A stretch of 64,000 bases of DNA from Candidatus Latescibacterota bacterium (GCA_965116885.1 OZ220741.1:992001-1056000); one strand, 5' to 3'; counted from the stretch's first letter, positions 19,461 to 31,400 are shown. Numbers and translations: made by a program. The notes: generated from the letters alone by a model not told the origin.

Positions 19461-20393
19461 CTACTCCTTCTCCAACTTCTCTAACTTGCGCTCCATATCA
19501 ATTTTAACCTCAGCGACAATATTGGCAATCGGATCCCTCTTCCCCGCTTTAATAACCACGGGCTTATTGATATCAAAATGCACCTTGTGCTCTATCACCA
19601 GCCCGCGCGTCGCATCGATCACCCAGGACCCTCCGCCTGTACCCTTCCCACTGTAATACAAAGAAGCGGCACTCACCTCAATCCATCCCGCGTACGCCAC
19701 CTCACTATCCTCATCAATAGACACCTCCACGCGCCCCTTCTCATTCTTAATACTCTTCACCTCATAAGTACTCTTGATTTTAATCTCCGAATCGCGTCCC
19801 AGCATATCCATACTCGCAAACGGACGCCAAAAAACGCGCTCACCCGTCCAGGTATCGCCCTTATTAACCGGTCCCTCTGGCAAAACCGGTGCAAACGCCG
19901 GCATCGCCCCCTGGTACATATCCGTAATCAAATCCTGTCGCTCCACGCGAAACGCGGGAAAATCTGGCTCGAACTTCTGCACCCTGCCCTCGGGCGTCAC
20001 CTGCCAGAAAAAAACCCTGTCATTAAACATATCAAACGTAAACGGATACTGTTCATACGTCTGCTTCTCACCCAAAAAAATCGCTGCACTCGCCCCCTTT
20101 TTAATCTCAGCGCGAACACCCATCACCCCTTCGGGAATGGTCCGCCCCGGCAATGCCTGCGGCACAACCACCTCTTCATGGCTGCGCCACTCATTATCTA
20201 TAATCACGCGAATATGCCCGCTCTGCATCACAATCTGCTCGCCCATATTGCTGTAATACTCCACCCGAAACTTGTGCTTATATCGCGCCTTGCGCCCTTC
20301 TGGGAATTTCAACGTCAACGCTGTGGGCTGTGCCCAACAATCGGCGGCAACACCGACGAGCAATCCGAGAACAACAGTTAATTTCCAATGCAT
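19461..20393 (-). CDS. Secreted beta-rich hypothetical protein
   Basis: Signal peptide MHWKLTVVLGLLVGVAADCWA; LPEGPVNKGDTW motif; TAG stop supplied by a REP. Confidence 0.75.
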   Translation of the reverse strand: MHWKLTVVLGLLVGVAADCWAQPTALTLKFPEGRKARYKHKFRVEYYSNMGEQIVMQSGHIRVIIDNEWRSHEEVVVPQALPGRTIPEGVMGVRAEIKKGASAAIFLGEKQTYEQYPFTFDMFNDRVFFWQVTPEGRVQKFEPDFPAFRVERQDLITDMYQGAMPAFAPVLPEGPVNKGDTWTGERVFWRPFASMDMLGRDSEIKIKSTYEVKSIKNEKGRVEVSIDEDSEVAYAGWIEVSAASLYYSGKGTGGGSWVIDATRGLVIEHKVHFDINKPVVIKAGKRDPIANIVAEVKIDMERKLEKLEKE

Positions 20394-20431
20394 AAGGACC
20401 TCCTGAATCACGGATAAACACGCATGAGATG

Positions 20432-20938
20432 CTAATCTATTTCGATTCTTTTAAGCACTTCTCGACACAGATCGGCTGATATCCAGATATCGTCATGAGC
20501 GATGATGATCTCCATCAGGGTATTGACTTCAAGAAGGGAAATCAAATTTTCGCGGTAAGCCTGAACAAGTACACCCAATGTCCCTTTGACCTTCAACCCG
20601 AGTTTTTTGGCCTCTTCTCTCGCCTTTAAATCATCGAGTAGAACCAGGCTATCTGCTTCTTGTGTACTGAGATAAATGACTTCCTTTTCTCCCGAATCCA
20701 AAGATAGTGAAGCGATCTCTAATGGCAAATCAGCTACATCCTCAACGATGAGTTGCTTTTGACGGATTGCTATTTCGGCCATCCTCGCATCAATGTGACC
20801 TTGTTTCCCCCCCGCGATAACGACCTCTCGATGAACCTTTGTAGAGATACTTACTTGTCCAAATAGTCGAAAAAGGATATCCAAAGCACCTGTTTTACCC
20901 AGTGCCATCAGAGGGCCAGAATTACAAAAAACCTTCAC
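20432..20938 (-). CDS. DUF3368 PIN-domain toxin
   Basis: VFCNSGPLMAL, LDSGEKE, LLDDLKAR, GTLGVL. Confidence 0.9.
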   Translation of the reverse strand: MKVFCNSGPLMALGKTGALDILFRLFGQVSISTKVHREVVIAGGKQGHIDARMAEIAIRQKQLIVEDVADLPLEIASLSLDSGEKEVIYLSTQEADSLVLLDDLKAREEAKKLGLKVKGTLGVLVQAYRENLISLLEVNTLMEIIIAHDDIWISADLCREVLKRIEID

Positions 20939-21198
20939 TCCAGTTCTTCCTGAACCTGGGTTTTACTCCAGCGAGGTTGTATTCCAACGATCCGAGCCTG
21001 ATGTACCATCTCCTGCTCTGTTAGATCGGCGAGTTCTGCTGCTCTACCAATTGATACAAGCCCGCGCTGGTAGAGCAACAGGGCTTCCTGGATTTTGACC
21101 TGAGACAACCCGAGTAACAGAAGCTCTCCCAACCGGTCTTGATAGGCATCCAACTCCGCCATTTTTTGATCGGGAATTTCGACTATTGTTTTCGCCAT
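20935..21198 (-). CDS. UPF0175 family antitoxin
   Basis: ALLLYQRGLVSIGRAAELA; overlaps the DUF3368 gene. Confidence 0.85.
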   Translation of the reverse strand: MAKTIVEIPDQKMAELDAYQDRLGELLLLGLSQVKIQEALLLYQRGLVSIGRAAELADLTEQEMVHQARIVGIQPRWSKTQVQEELE

Positions 21199-21220
21199 CC
21201 GTAAGATCCTTATTCTCAAT

Positions 21221-22231
21221 TCACCGCCTTCGCGTGCGCTTCACCCGCACGGGACGCCCGTTTTTTTCTGCCGACTCCCATGCGGCTTCGGTCAACTGAA
21301 TCACGCGCAAACCGCACACTGGCGGAACCTGAACTTCATCGCGTCCCAAAATCGCATCCACAAAATTTTGATCTGGACTCACAAACCGCGAAGGCAAACT
21401 ATTCGCATCCACCTCTACCGGTGCGCTGCCACCGTATTTGCACGTCACCTTCCCATTGCGAGAATAAATCGCCCCCTTTGTGCCCCAAATCGTAATATCC
21501 TCCCACATCCCGGGACCCGGACCTGTCCCCACAACAGAAAAATTCGCCAACGCACCATTCTCAAACACAATCGACAGCGCCGAATTGATATCCACCTCTG
21601 TATCCAGATAATCCATAAACGCCGACACGCGCGTAGGCGCCTGATCCACCATCCACAGCACAATATCCAGCAAATGGCTCCCTGAATCATTCAACTGCCC
21701 CCCGCCCGACAGCGCGTGAACCTGTCGCCACTTCCCCTGTTGATTCTCGTACCAGTGTTGATCTTGCATCGCCTGAATAAACTGAACCTCTCCGATCTCC
21801 CCGGCCTGAATCTGATTCCGAATAAACCGAAACGTCGGCGCCAGATGCCGTTGATAAGACACCATCAAAACGCGATCCACCTCCTCTGCCTTATCCATCA
21901 CCTGAAACGCGTGATCAACCGTACACACCATCGGCTTCTCTGTCAGCACATGCAAACCCTTATCCAGACTGTCCATAATCTGTTCAAAATGCAACGTATG
22001 CGGCGTAGAAATCTCCGTCGCATCCATCTCCACACTGGCAAGCATCTCCTTGTGATCTGCAAACCTCGGCAACGCTTCTGCCTGCGGCACCCGCTCAAAC
22101 AACCGCGCAAAACTCGCCTCACTCGGATCTGCCAGCGCCACAACCTCCACATCCTGCATCTTCATCAACCGCCCGATGTGGCCGCCCATATTGCCACCGC
22201 ACCCGATCAAGCCCATTCGCACCTTCTCCAT
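21221..22231 (-). CDS. Gfo/Idh/MocA oxidoreductase
   Basis: GLIGCGG, STPHTLH, HVLTEKPM, GGGQLNDSGSHLLD. Confidence 0.93.
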   Translation of the reverse strand: MEKVRMGLIGCGGNMGGHIGRLMKMQDVEVVALADPSEASFARLFERVPQAEALPRFADHKEMLASVEMDATEISTPHTLHFEQIMDSLDKGLHVLTEKPMVCTVDHAFQVMDKAEEVDRVLMVSYQRHLAPTFRFIRNQIQAGEIGEVQFIQAMQDQHWYENQQGKWRQVHALSGGGQLNDSGSHLLDIVLWMVDQAPTRVSAFMDYLDTEVDINSALSIVFENGALANFSVVGTGPGPGMWEDITIWGTKGAIYSRNGKVTCKYGGSAPVEVDANSLPSRFVSPDQNFVDAILGRDEVQVPPVCGLRVIQLTEAAWESAEKNGRPVRVKRTRRR

Positions 22232-22409
22232 TAAAATCTCCTTTATTTAGGTAAGAGATAAGAGGTGAAAGATCGCACGGGACGGCACGGGGGCCGTCCC
22301 CTACAACAACATGCCGCGATGACGCATGCCTCGTCCCTACGGTCACGACACCTTCACACTTCAACCATCGTGCTCGAATATAGTTTCACATATATAATAC
22401 CGCAATAAC

Positions 22410-22449
22410 AAAAAAAGGCCACTGGACAAAATGTCCAATGACCTTTTTA
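22410..22449 (-). terminator. Terminator downstream of the surface-protein cluster
   Basis: aaaaaaagg-ccactggaca-aaa-tgtccaatga-cctttt hairpin; gives a U-run on the minus strand. Confidence 0.65.
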
Positions 22450-22532
22450 AATCGGCACCGTCCCAGGAATCGGCGCCATTCTCACGGGCGTAAAATTTTA
22501 CGCCCCAGCGGGCGGGCACAGGGGCACCGCCC

Positions 22533-24623
22533 CTACTTCAACAGCAGCATCTTCTGGATCGCGGTATTTGGACCCGCTTTGATCTTGGCGATATAAACGC
22601 CACTACCAACGCTGCGGCCCATAAAGTCCTTAGCATCCCACTGGACACTATAGCGACCCGCTGTATAATGCTGACTCACGAGTTGACGAATCTCCTGCCC
22701 AATCGCATCGTAAATGATGATTGATACATCTGCATCAGAAGGCAAATCGTAGGAAATCGTCGTCCTCGGGTTAAACGGATTGGGATAAACAGCCGACGCA
22801 AATTCTGTGGGCATAGTGAAACGCGCGCCCAACAGCACCTCAATCGGATTTGAACGGTTAATCGTCCCATCCAGATCAACCTGCTCGAGAACATAATAAA
22901 CGATCTCGGCAGCGGGAAGGCTGGTATCCTCAAACATATAATCCATCAACTGATCGGTCGTACCAGCACCAGCGATAAGCGCGCTAACCGCCTCGTAGTT
23001 CTCTCCATCCGTACTGCGAAGCACGCGGAAACCCGCATTATTGGTCTGCGAAGCCGTCGCCCAATTGAGCACCACGCGGTTTTCGACCACTGATCCGACA
23101 AACGACGACAACTCAATCGGCACCTGCTCGTCAAATTGAATGGTGACCTCAAGAGGTTCCATCATCCCATCCGCCGAGGCTGTCACCTTCACAACCGTAG
23201 AAACATAACCAGCGGCTGTCAAAGTCAGGACATTACCATCGACCGAATGTTCAAGCGTAGATTGTGGATCATCGCCCACACCATCTAACTGCTCCACAGT
23301 GAATGTAACCGCAGCCCCTTCGGGAAAGCGCACAGGCGTAACCGTAACCACCGCAGTGCCACCGCGCGGGATAGTAACGATGAGGCCAGGTGACACATCC
23401 AGATCCGGACCGTGGTTATACAACACCGGTGCGGGATTCATCAGCATCGACTCTTCGCCGGAAGCCAGAACGGCCCTAAACGACGAAACGCCAACTGAAA
23501 AAGGCACCACCTCGGCACCGGTCGTCAGCTTCAGCGTACCCAAAAAACCACCATTGGACAGCATCACGGCTTCTTCGGAACCGACATCGATCTGATTACC
23601 GGAAATACCCAGCAGCGTCAGACCCTCAGCAGGGTCAAAACCCGTAATCATCGCCGCAGAAGCCGGATCAACGACAAAAACAATACTCGCACCGCCGATA
23701 CCGCCAGCGACATCACCTGCAAACACCTCAATAGCGATATCTTCATTGGCACCAGCACTGCCCGAGAGCATGCCATCATCCATCATATTCATCATGTCCA
23801 TGCCCGCGATATCCAGCGCGGGAATGCGCTGCTCGACAAACTTGATGGTAACCGGACCGGCCGTAGCCATACCGTCACCTGCCGTCACCACCGCCGTTGC
23901 CGGGCCACTCGCCGTCAGCGTCAGTGTGGCACCGTCCTGCGCGGACGTAATATTATCCATCATTTCGCCCTGCACATCAAACGTAATCGTCGCATCGGCG
24001 GGGAAATTCACAGCCGTCAACGTCGTCGTACCCGTGCCACCCGGCGGCACTGGAACCGTCATAGACATATCCATCATATCCATCATAGACATGTCTGTTG
24101 TCTCCAACCTGGGAACAGCATTGAAAGACAAGGGCGCCATCATCGCCGTGGTAATATTATCCGTATCTGTAGGATTGGCAGCACCGGCCAGATTCATAAT
24201 ACTGACACCAACGGTAAATTCGGTACTCGCCATCAAACCCTCTACGGGCGACAGCGTAACAGTCCCGAAATAATCGTTGGTCAAAGTACCAGAAGGAACA
24301 GCACCAAAAGAAACCGTGCTCGCCGTTGTACCCAGAGCAAAAAATCCCGTAGCAGGAGCCGCGCTTGTAACCGTCAGCTTATCCGTATCAAAAGTCACCA
24401 CACCACCGACAATAGGACCTGCCAACCCGGAAATAAATATCTCAACGACAACATCGGTACCCGCAACTGCAGTACCCGATGTATTGCCATCATTCATTTT
24501 ATTGTCACTGGCATCAATATCAACGCCTACAACAGCGTTGGCATTGGGGCCCGCAGAAGCTTGCCCCACAAAAGCCAGCAACGCAAGAGCAGTAAAAAAT
24601 AACAAGCCTTTTTTCAAGAACAT
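22533..24623 (-). CDS. Secreted protein C: cohesin-like and Ig-like domains, PVEL-type domain, T9SS/FlgD-type CTD
   Basis: Signal peptide MFLKKGLLFF..QASA; VVVEIFISGL..GGVVTFDTDKL (cohesin-like); VPIELSSF..LNWATASQTNNAGF; YPNPFNPRT..SGVY..KMLLLK. Confidence 0.8.
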   Translation of the reverse strand: MFLKKGLLFFTALALLAFVGQASAGPNANAVVGVDIDASDNKMNDGNTSGTAVAGTDVVVEIFISGLAGPIVGGVVTFDTDKLTVTSAAPATGFFALGTTASTVSFGAVPSGTLTNDYFGTVTLSPVEGLMASTEFTVGVSIMNLAGAANPTDTDNITTAMMAPLSFNAVPRLETTDMSMMDMMDMSMTVPVPPGGTGTTTLTAVNFPADATITFDVQGEMMDNITSAQDGATLTLTASGPATAVVTAGDGMATAGPVTIKFVEQRIPALDIAGMDMMNMMDDGMLSGSAGANEDIAIEVFAGDVAGGIGGASIVFVVDPASAAMITGFDPAEGLTLLGISGNQIDVGSEEAVMLSNGGFLGTLKLTTGAEVVPFSVGVSSFRAVLASGEESMLMNPAPVLYNHGPDLDVSPGLIVTIPRGGTAVVTVTPVRFPEGAAVTFTVEQLDGVGDDPQSTLEHSVDGNVLTLTAAGYVSTVVKVTASADGMMEPLEVTIQFDEQVPIELSSFVGSVVENRVVLNWATASQTNNAGFRVLRSTDGENYEAVSALIAGAGTTDQLMDYMFEDTSLPAAEIVYYVLEQVDLDGTINRSNPIEVLLGARFTMPTEFASAVYPNPFNPRTTISYDLPSDADVSIIIYDAIGQEIRQLVSQHYTAGRYSVQWDAKDFMGRSVGSGVYIAKIKAGPNTAIQKMLLLK

Positions 24624-24714
24624 TTGCAAAACTCCTTCGCTGAAAACTACTCCATGTAAGTTCTGAGGGGAAATAGGTAGGGGGCGAAAGATTTTTCGCC
24701 CCTACCAAAACGAA

Positions 24715-27700
24715 TTACTTGAGCAGCATCAGCTTCCGCACATCCTGGAACTTCCCTGCCGAAATCTGGTAGAAATAAATCCCACTCGAAACCGGCACCC
24801 CGCGATCATCCATACCGTCCCAACGGACTTGATAGCGACCGACCAACTGCGGTTCAGAAACCATAAGCGTCCGAACCACCTGACCCACCACATTGTAAAT
24901 CTGGAGCGTCACGTCGGCAGACTCGGCCAATTCATAACCGATCGTTGTTTCGGGGTTAAACGGATTGGGGAAATTCTGGAGCAGTGCAAACTCTGTAGGC
25001 GTCGTCTGAATATCCAGCACACCGCCGGCCAATGGATTGGCGAGCTGACTCGGATCAAACACCAGGCCGTCGGCAATCTCAAACCGCGCATTATCTTCAA
25101 AATCGCGCAACACGCGGAACACCAACCGGACAACATCGCCATCGCCAGAAACCTCCGAGCCATTGACGATACTATTCATAACGTGAACCTGACCGGCCTC
25201 AGGCGATAAGCTCCTGAACAGCGGGGTCTCGCCACCTGTGGACTTCAGCAAATCCTCAGTAGCCGGCACCGCTTCTACATACTCGAACTTCTCAGCGTCG
25301 TAGTGCAGCACAAACCCATAACCCATCAGAGCCTGTACATTGGCCAGAGACACATCCACAAACATCGTCTCGCCAGCCACCACGCGATCACTGCCCAAAC
25401 GCAACAAGAACTCGGCATTCTCATTTACGCCAAGAACAGGCGTAACCAGAGACTTGCCAGCCGGACCTGTCGCTTCTTTGCCATAAGAGCCAAAGAACAG
25501 AATGAAGTCATCGAAATTGACCACCGTATCATCATTCAGGTCAGACTGAATAAAGACTCTCCATTCCTCGCGCGTCGAGGTGGCCTCACTCTTATTAAAC
25601 GCCATCGTAAAGGCCACAAAGTCTTCAAAGTCAACCAACAGCGGCGTCATAGCCCCGTACCTGCCGAGCTTCACGACAAAAACGGGATTGCCATCGGCAT
25701 CCACAAACAGCCTGCGCTTCGGTGCAAGCTCAACCACCAGAGGCGGTACAATCGACGTCATGTTGGTGCCGTCCATCACAACCACATCTATCAGCACCGC
25801 AGGCACGCCCTGATCAATCAGAGACTCGATCAAAACCTGGGGAACCGTTAAACCGGTCGAACCAGGAGGAAGAGCCCCGCCAACCAGTGCGGTGACATCA
25901 ATCGGCGGTGCTTCTGCACCGACGACACTCGCCATAACCTTGTAGCCCGTCACATGCGGAATCATAATCGCGTGACCGCGATACATCACAGCATCCATAC
26001 CGCCATCATCTGCGGACGCCGTCCAGGTAATAACCCCGGTATCCGGATCGGCAGCAACATCGGTCACAGCAGCAGGCGCTGTATCATCAATCGCAGCCGC
26101 CATACCTTCCGATGCCGTAATCGGAGACGAAACAATGGGACTAAGATGTCCACCCGTGCGGATATTCTGCGGAACAGCCACATTGCCACCGATCAAAACA
26201 CTCAAATCGGGATCCAGCGCCGCAAACACCACATTCTGCCTGCCGCCAGTAAGCGAATTAATATAATCAGCAGAAGGCATCAGCATCTCGACAAGCTCAT
26301 CCTCGGTGACAACCCGATTGGGATCCATACCCAGGAACTGAACCAACTGTTGCATGCTCTCCTTGGAGAACACGCGCTTGCCAGCAGGCGTAGGCTCATT
26401 CGAATCCATACCCTTCTCAGCAGCAACGCCCCAACGCGTCGCATTGGCATCCGTCACCGGAACAACCGCGCGCGTCATACCTTCTTCATCATCATTATCC
26501 ATCGCATCGATAACAGCCCAGGGAACCCACTTCGCCATTGGCGTATCGGTCGTCACCACATTGCCATCGGCATCCATCGCGGTATTCACCATCATCTCGC
26601 GATACACGCGATACTGACTCACATCAGCGTGATTCGCCGAATTGGCAAAACTCACCATCACATAGTGACCGTTATCCCCTTCCTGATCCTGCACAACCAC
26701 ACTCGCAGGTGCAGCGGGCAACACTTGCGTAAACGACACCTCAACCGCAGACGTCGTAACGCCAGCGCCAGAAGCCGTCACCGACACACTAACCGTGCCC
26801 GTAGCCTTCAGCGTCAGAACATTGCCGTCTGCCGACGCTGTAAGATAAGGATGGTCCGCCGGATCGACATTAAACGTAATCTCGGCACCTTCGGGGAAAC
26901 CCGTTGCAACGACCATTGCCATTGCAGTGCCAACCTCAGTCTGCGGAACCATAACCTCAGCCGCATCTGAACCAACAGTGGGCATCGCCCGGAACAGAAT
27001 ACTAATCGCCTCGGTCATCATCCCACCGGCAGAGGCCGTCACCGACACCATCGCAGACCCCTCACCGCTCGCCGTAATCGTCACCATATCACCATCGGTA
27101 TCGGAGGCAATCGAAGCGGTACCGGAAGTCTTGCTTATCGCATAAGTAACGACACCCTCCAGACCCACTGCCGTAACCGTCACCGACTTCATCCCACCCT
27201 CGGGAATAATCACATCCGTCGCATCCGCCTTCACATAAGGATCGGGATTCGAGAACGTAATCGTTATCGAAGCAGACGACATACCATCGGAAGCCATCAC
27301 CGTCACATCGCCGGGCGTCTCCGCCGTAAGCGTCAAAACGGCACCATCTTCCATAGCCTGAAAATCGGCAGTCGCTTCATAAGAAAACTTGATCACTGCA
27401 TCTTCGGGAAAATCGACAGCCGTCACCATCACGGTAGCCGGAACACCAAAATCATCAAACTCAACCTCGGTGCTCTCCGTCTCCAGCATGGGTACCGGAC
27501 CACCGCTGACCATCACAGCATCGCCAGCAGCAGCCATAGCCCGCATCCCTGCAGGCGTAAACACATTAACCGAAGCATTAATGGAAACCATCGCCCCATC
27601 GTAAGCAGGACTTAGGGTCAACGTCACAGTGCCAAAACTGCCATCTGTCAGCATCGTAGGCGCGCCAATAAGCGTAAGACTCATACCGACAATGCCGTCC

Positions 27701-28413
27701 GGAGACACATTCAGACCAGCAGCAGGCATACCACCAGTAATCGCCGCCACAGCGGGATCGACCATAATGGTAATCTCGCCACCAACGACTGGGCCTTCCA
27801 ACCCATCAACAGCGACATTGACAACAACTTCATCGCCAGCAGCAACAGGACCCTCGCCGACACGCATCAGGGAAACGGACAAATTGTCATAACCCGGCAT
27901 CATACCAGTGCCGCCATTATCACCACCACCGTTGCCATTACCCCCGGTACCACCTTCATTAAACGTAAGCGAAGCTGACAAGGGAAGTGATGTGCTCTGA
28001 CCAACACCCATATGAATGGTGACCCCTGTAATGCCAACGGAAAATTCCACATCCGTTACATCTGACAGGGGAGTAAAGGTAAACGTAGCTTCTGCCGGCA
28101 CCTGCAGCGGTGTTCCAGGAAGAGAAACTATGGAAACCGTAGAACCGGACACGAGAAGGCCCGGGGGCGCAGCAATACTTAAAAGAGAAGAATCAAATGA
28201 AAACTCGAGATCCAGGGCTTGCGCAGTGGCAAGCAGAGGATTATCGGCAACGCCCGTCGTGGAAACCTTAACCATAACGGCGTCCATTCCAGAAGCCTCG
28301 CCTGCGGTGCCATCCGTAACATGCGAAAGCGACACACTCTGTGCAGAAGCCTGTCCTGCAAACATCAGCAATGCCAACGCAGTCATAAACAAAAGACTTT
28401 TTTTCAAAAACAT
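24715..28413 (-). CDS. Secreted protein B: cohesin-like, Ig-like repeats, dockerin-like EF hands, cohesin, T9SS/FlgD-type CTD
   Basis: Signal peptide; VDFEDFVAF..DLNDDTVVNFDDFILF; VDVSLANVQALMGYGFVLHYDAEKFEY; QNFPNPFNP..KLMLLK. Confidence 0.82.
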   Translation of the reverse strand: MFLKKSLLFMTALALLMFAGQASAQSVSLSHVTDGTAGEASGMDAVMVKVSTTGVADNPLLATAQALDLEFSFDSSLLSIAAPPGLLVSGSTVSIVSLPGTPLQVPAEATFTFTPLSDVTDVEFSVGITGVTIHMGVGQSTSLPLSASLTFNEGGTGGNGNGGGDNGGTGMMPGYDNLSVSLMRVGEGPVAAGDEVVVNVAVDGLEGPVVGGEITIMVDPAVAAITGGMPAAGLNVSPDGIVGMSLTLIGAPTMLTDGSFGTVTLTLSPAYDGAMVSINASVNVFTPAGMRAMAAAGDAVMVSGGPVPMLETESTEVEFDDFGVPATVMVTAVDFPEDAVIKFSYEATADFQAMEDGAVLTLTAETPGDVTVMASDGMSSASITITFSNPDPYVKADATDVIIPEGGMKSVTVTAVGLEGVVTYAISKTSGTASIASDTDGDMVTITASGEGSAMVSVTASAGGMMTEAISILFRAMPTVGSDAAEVMVPQTEVGTAMAMVVATGFPEGAEITFNVDPADHPYLTASADGNVLTLKATGTVSVSVTASGAGVTTSAVEVSFTQVLPAAPASVVVQDQEGDNGHYVMVSFANSANHADVSQYRVYREMMVNTAMDADGNVVTTDTPMAKWVPWAVIDAMDNDDEEGMTRAVVPVTDANATRWGVAAEKGMDSNEPTPAGKRVFSKESMQQLVQFLGMDPNRVVTEDELVEMLMPSADYINSLTGGRQNVVFAALDPDLSVLIGGNVAVPQNIRTGGHLSPIVSSPITASEGMAAAIDDTAPAAVTDVAADPDTGVITWTASADDGGMDAVMYRGHAIMIPHVTGYKVMASVVGAEAPPIDVTALVGGALPPGSTGLTVPQVLIESLIDQGVPAVLIDVVVMDGTNMTSIVPPLVVELAPKRRLFVDADGNPVFVVKLGRYGAMTPLLVDFEDFVAFTMAFNKSEATSTREEWRVFIQSDLNDDTVVNFDDFILFFGSYGKEATGPAGKSLVTPVLGVNENAEFLLRLGSDRVVAGETMFVDVSLANVQALMGYGFVLHYDAEKFEYVEAVPATEDLLKSTGGETPLFRSLSPEAGQVHVMNSIVNGSEVSGDGDVVRLVFRVLRDFEDNARFEIADGLVFDPSQLANPLAGGVLDIQTTPTEFALLQNFPNPFNPETTIGYELAESADVTLQIYNVVGQVVRTLMVSEPQLVGRYQVRWDGMDDRGVPVSSGIYFYQISAGKFQDVRKLMLLK

Positions 28414-28486
28414 TACAAACTCCTCTATTGAAAATGGAATCGGGTAGGGGCGAAAAATCTTTCGCCCCTACTGATCCATCGGCGAA

Positions 28487-31400
28487 TTACTTGAGCAGCA
28501 TCAGCTTCCGCACATCGCTGAACTTCCCGTCTGCCGCAATCTGGTAGAAGTAAATCCCACTCGAAACCGGCACACCGCGATCATCCATCCCGTTCCAGCG
28601 AATCTGATAACGACCCGCATTCTGAGCCTCAGAGGCGACCAGCGTCCGAACCACCTGACCCAACACATTGTAAATCTGGAGGGTCACATCGGCGGACTCG
28701 GCCAAATCGTACTTAATGGTCGTATCCGGGTTAAATGGATTGGGGAAGTTCTGGTGCAAAGCGAACTCTCTGGGCGTGCTCTGGAGTTCCAACACACCCG
28801 CGACCACCGCCGGGTTCTGAAGCTGACTCGGGTCAAAGACCAGACCGTTGGCAATCTCAAACCGGGCGTTATCCTCAAACTCGCGCAACACGCGGAACAC
28901 AAACCGGACAACGTCACCATCGCCGGAAACCGCTGTACCGTGGATCACACCGTTGACAACTTCAACCTGACCGTCGGCAACCATGTGATGGAACAGCTTG
29001 CTTTCTCCACCTGTTGACGTGAGCAAATCTTCATCGGCAGGCGCCACACTCACAAACTCGAACTTATCCGTCTCGTAATTGAGCGTGAATCCATAGCCCA
29101 TCAAAGCAGCGACATTGGCAAGCGACACATCCACAGCCATCAACTCGCCAGCAACCACGCGCTCACTACCCAGACTCAGCGAAAACTCAGCATTCTCGTT
29201 GATACCGGGAAGCAGTACGAGAGGCTTGGTAGCCGGACCAACAGCTTCTCTGCCCCAGGAAGCGATGAAAATGAGATAGTCGTCAATATTGACCATACCA
29301 TCATCGTTGACATCTGCCTGGACATTGTAATTCGCATCGCCTTCGCTGCTACCCCACGCAGCTAAGAGAGCCAGATAGTCATTCGTGTTAACGACCATAT
29401 CTGCGTCAGAGATCAGATACACGGGATCGCCATTTGAATCGACATAACTTCTGCGACCTGCCAGCTCTTCATAGACAACATCGAGACTTGCAGAATACTG
29501 ACCACTCGTAGCCGTCACCGACGCAGTACCTGACCCGCTCAGTGGAACTGTCAACGGAGCATAGCCATCGGCATCTGCCGTCACATCAACCGAACCAAGC
29601 GCAGAGGTAAAGGTAACCGTATCGCCCTCATTCAAACCCTCAGCGCGAACCGTTACATTTACCGAGCCGCCAGCAGGAATCATCACAGTATTACCCGCCT
29701 GATCCCCATCCTGACCGGGAACCCAGAGCGTAAGGGAAAGATCCAGAGGCGCGCGAACAGCGAACATCGCAGTAGATTTGATGTTCTGGCTTCGCGTATC
29801 ATCAGCGTCTAAGGACGTATTATCCACCCTGACCTGGATCGACACCTGTTTGGCATTGGAAGGCGCTGTAACAGGGAAAGTCTCACCCGCCACCTCTATC
29901 GTCCATTCAAACGGAGGCAGGCTTATATCGGGCAAGGAACGCAGCGTAATATCAAATCCGTTTTTATAATTGAACCCGTTTGTGACACCGTCCACTTTAA
30001 CGTTCACCCGGGTATCCAGGATATTCAACGAGTCTGAAGCTCCAGCAGCAGCTTTTGCAGGCGCAGCCCTGTAAGCCTTCACAGAGGGGTTGCCATGCCG
30101 GTCAACCGGGATCACCCGAAGGGCGAAATCACCCCAAACCTCCGATGCTGGACCATCGACGCCATCTTCCCAGGCGGTTATCTCAAACTTGTTGAAGTCT
30201 GCCGCATCGACGGTAAGATCCTCTATCGCACCACTAAAGGCTGCAACTGACGTACCGCCCATACCAGCATTCCGGTGCTCAACCATAATTTTGAGACCGT
30301 CCATCGTCTTATTCGACTTGGCGAAAACCGTGCGCTCGCCGAGTTTCCAGTCACCGGCAGCGAGCGTGGCAGAACCATCACCATTATCGGTCACCCCACC
30401 ACCGTGGAACATCACGGATGAAGCAGCACCGTCTGCATCCCAGGCACTGATACGCACTTCTTCTGCCAGCATATTATTTTCATCCCTGTTCTTATACGTC
30501 AATGCTGGACGGTCATCATCATCGTTATCAGGCGTACCATTATTATCCCACGCCTTCAGCCGCAGATGAAACGCCTGACCAGCAACCACGGAGTCGCTTG
30601 CAGCATCTTCTGCCATATCAGTGGGATCAAAATTTCTGATCGTGAACATATTCGCCTTCGGATTGTCGAATTGCGCGTCAAACACAAAATCTGCGGATGC
30701 TGCCGAAGGCGTCTCGAAAGCATTCCCCGCAAGATCGCGCGCAAAAATCGTCAGCGTATAGGTCTTCGTCGCATCAAAAGCCTCACTGACCAAAATCTGA
30801 TGTTCGCCCTTGGCCAGATTACCCATCTCCTCAACAATATCGCTACCACTGGAAGGATCATACGTCACCGAAAGAGAATCCACGGCTTCCTTCAGCGTAA
30901 CGACCGGGTGACGCGTGGCATCGTTAATCTTATTGTCATCATCTTCGAGAAGATCATTTCTCGGGAACCAATCAGAAATCGTCGGCGGCTTCTGATCGTG
31001 AACGACATTATCAATGACCACCTTGGTTTTGTTACCCACCTGATCTGTCGCCACAACCACGAGATTGATCTTCGTACCACCCTGACCCGTTGCTGTCAAC
31101 TTATTGTTGGACGCTTTTCTAAACTTGAGACCCACCGTGTTGTAGATGATCGTATCGCCAACAGACGTTGCACCGTGTCTCGCGACAATCTCACTGAGAT
31201 CCAGATTCCGATCATCATCCGGCGTCCACAGAACGATTGCAGCATCGCTAATCTCATCTACGTCATTGGCATTTTCGGCGCCGTCGGCATAGACATACAG
31301 CGAGTCAACATCTTCATCCAACCTGATGCGCAGCGGATTGAGGAATTCATCCCAGTTCGTATCGGCGTGATCACCTGTGATACGATCACCAGCAGCGGGA

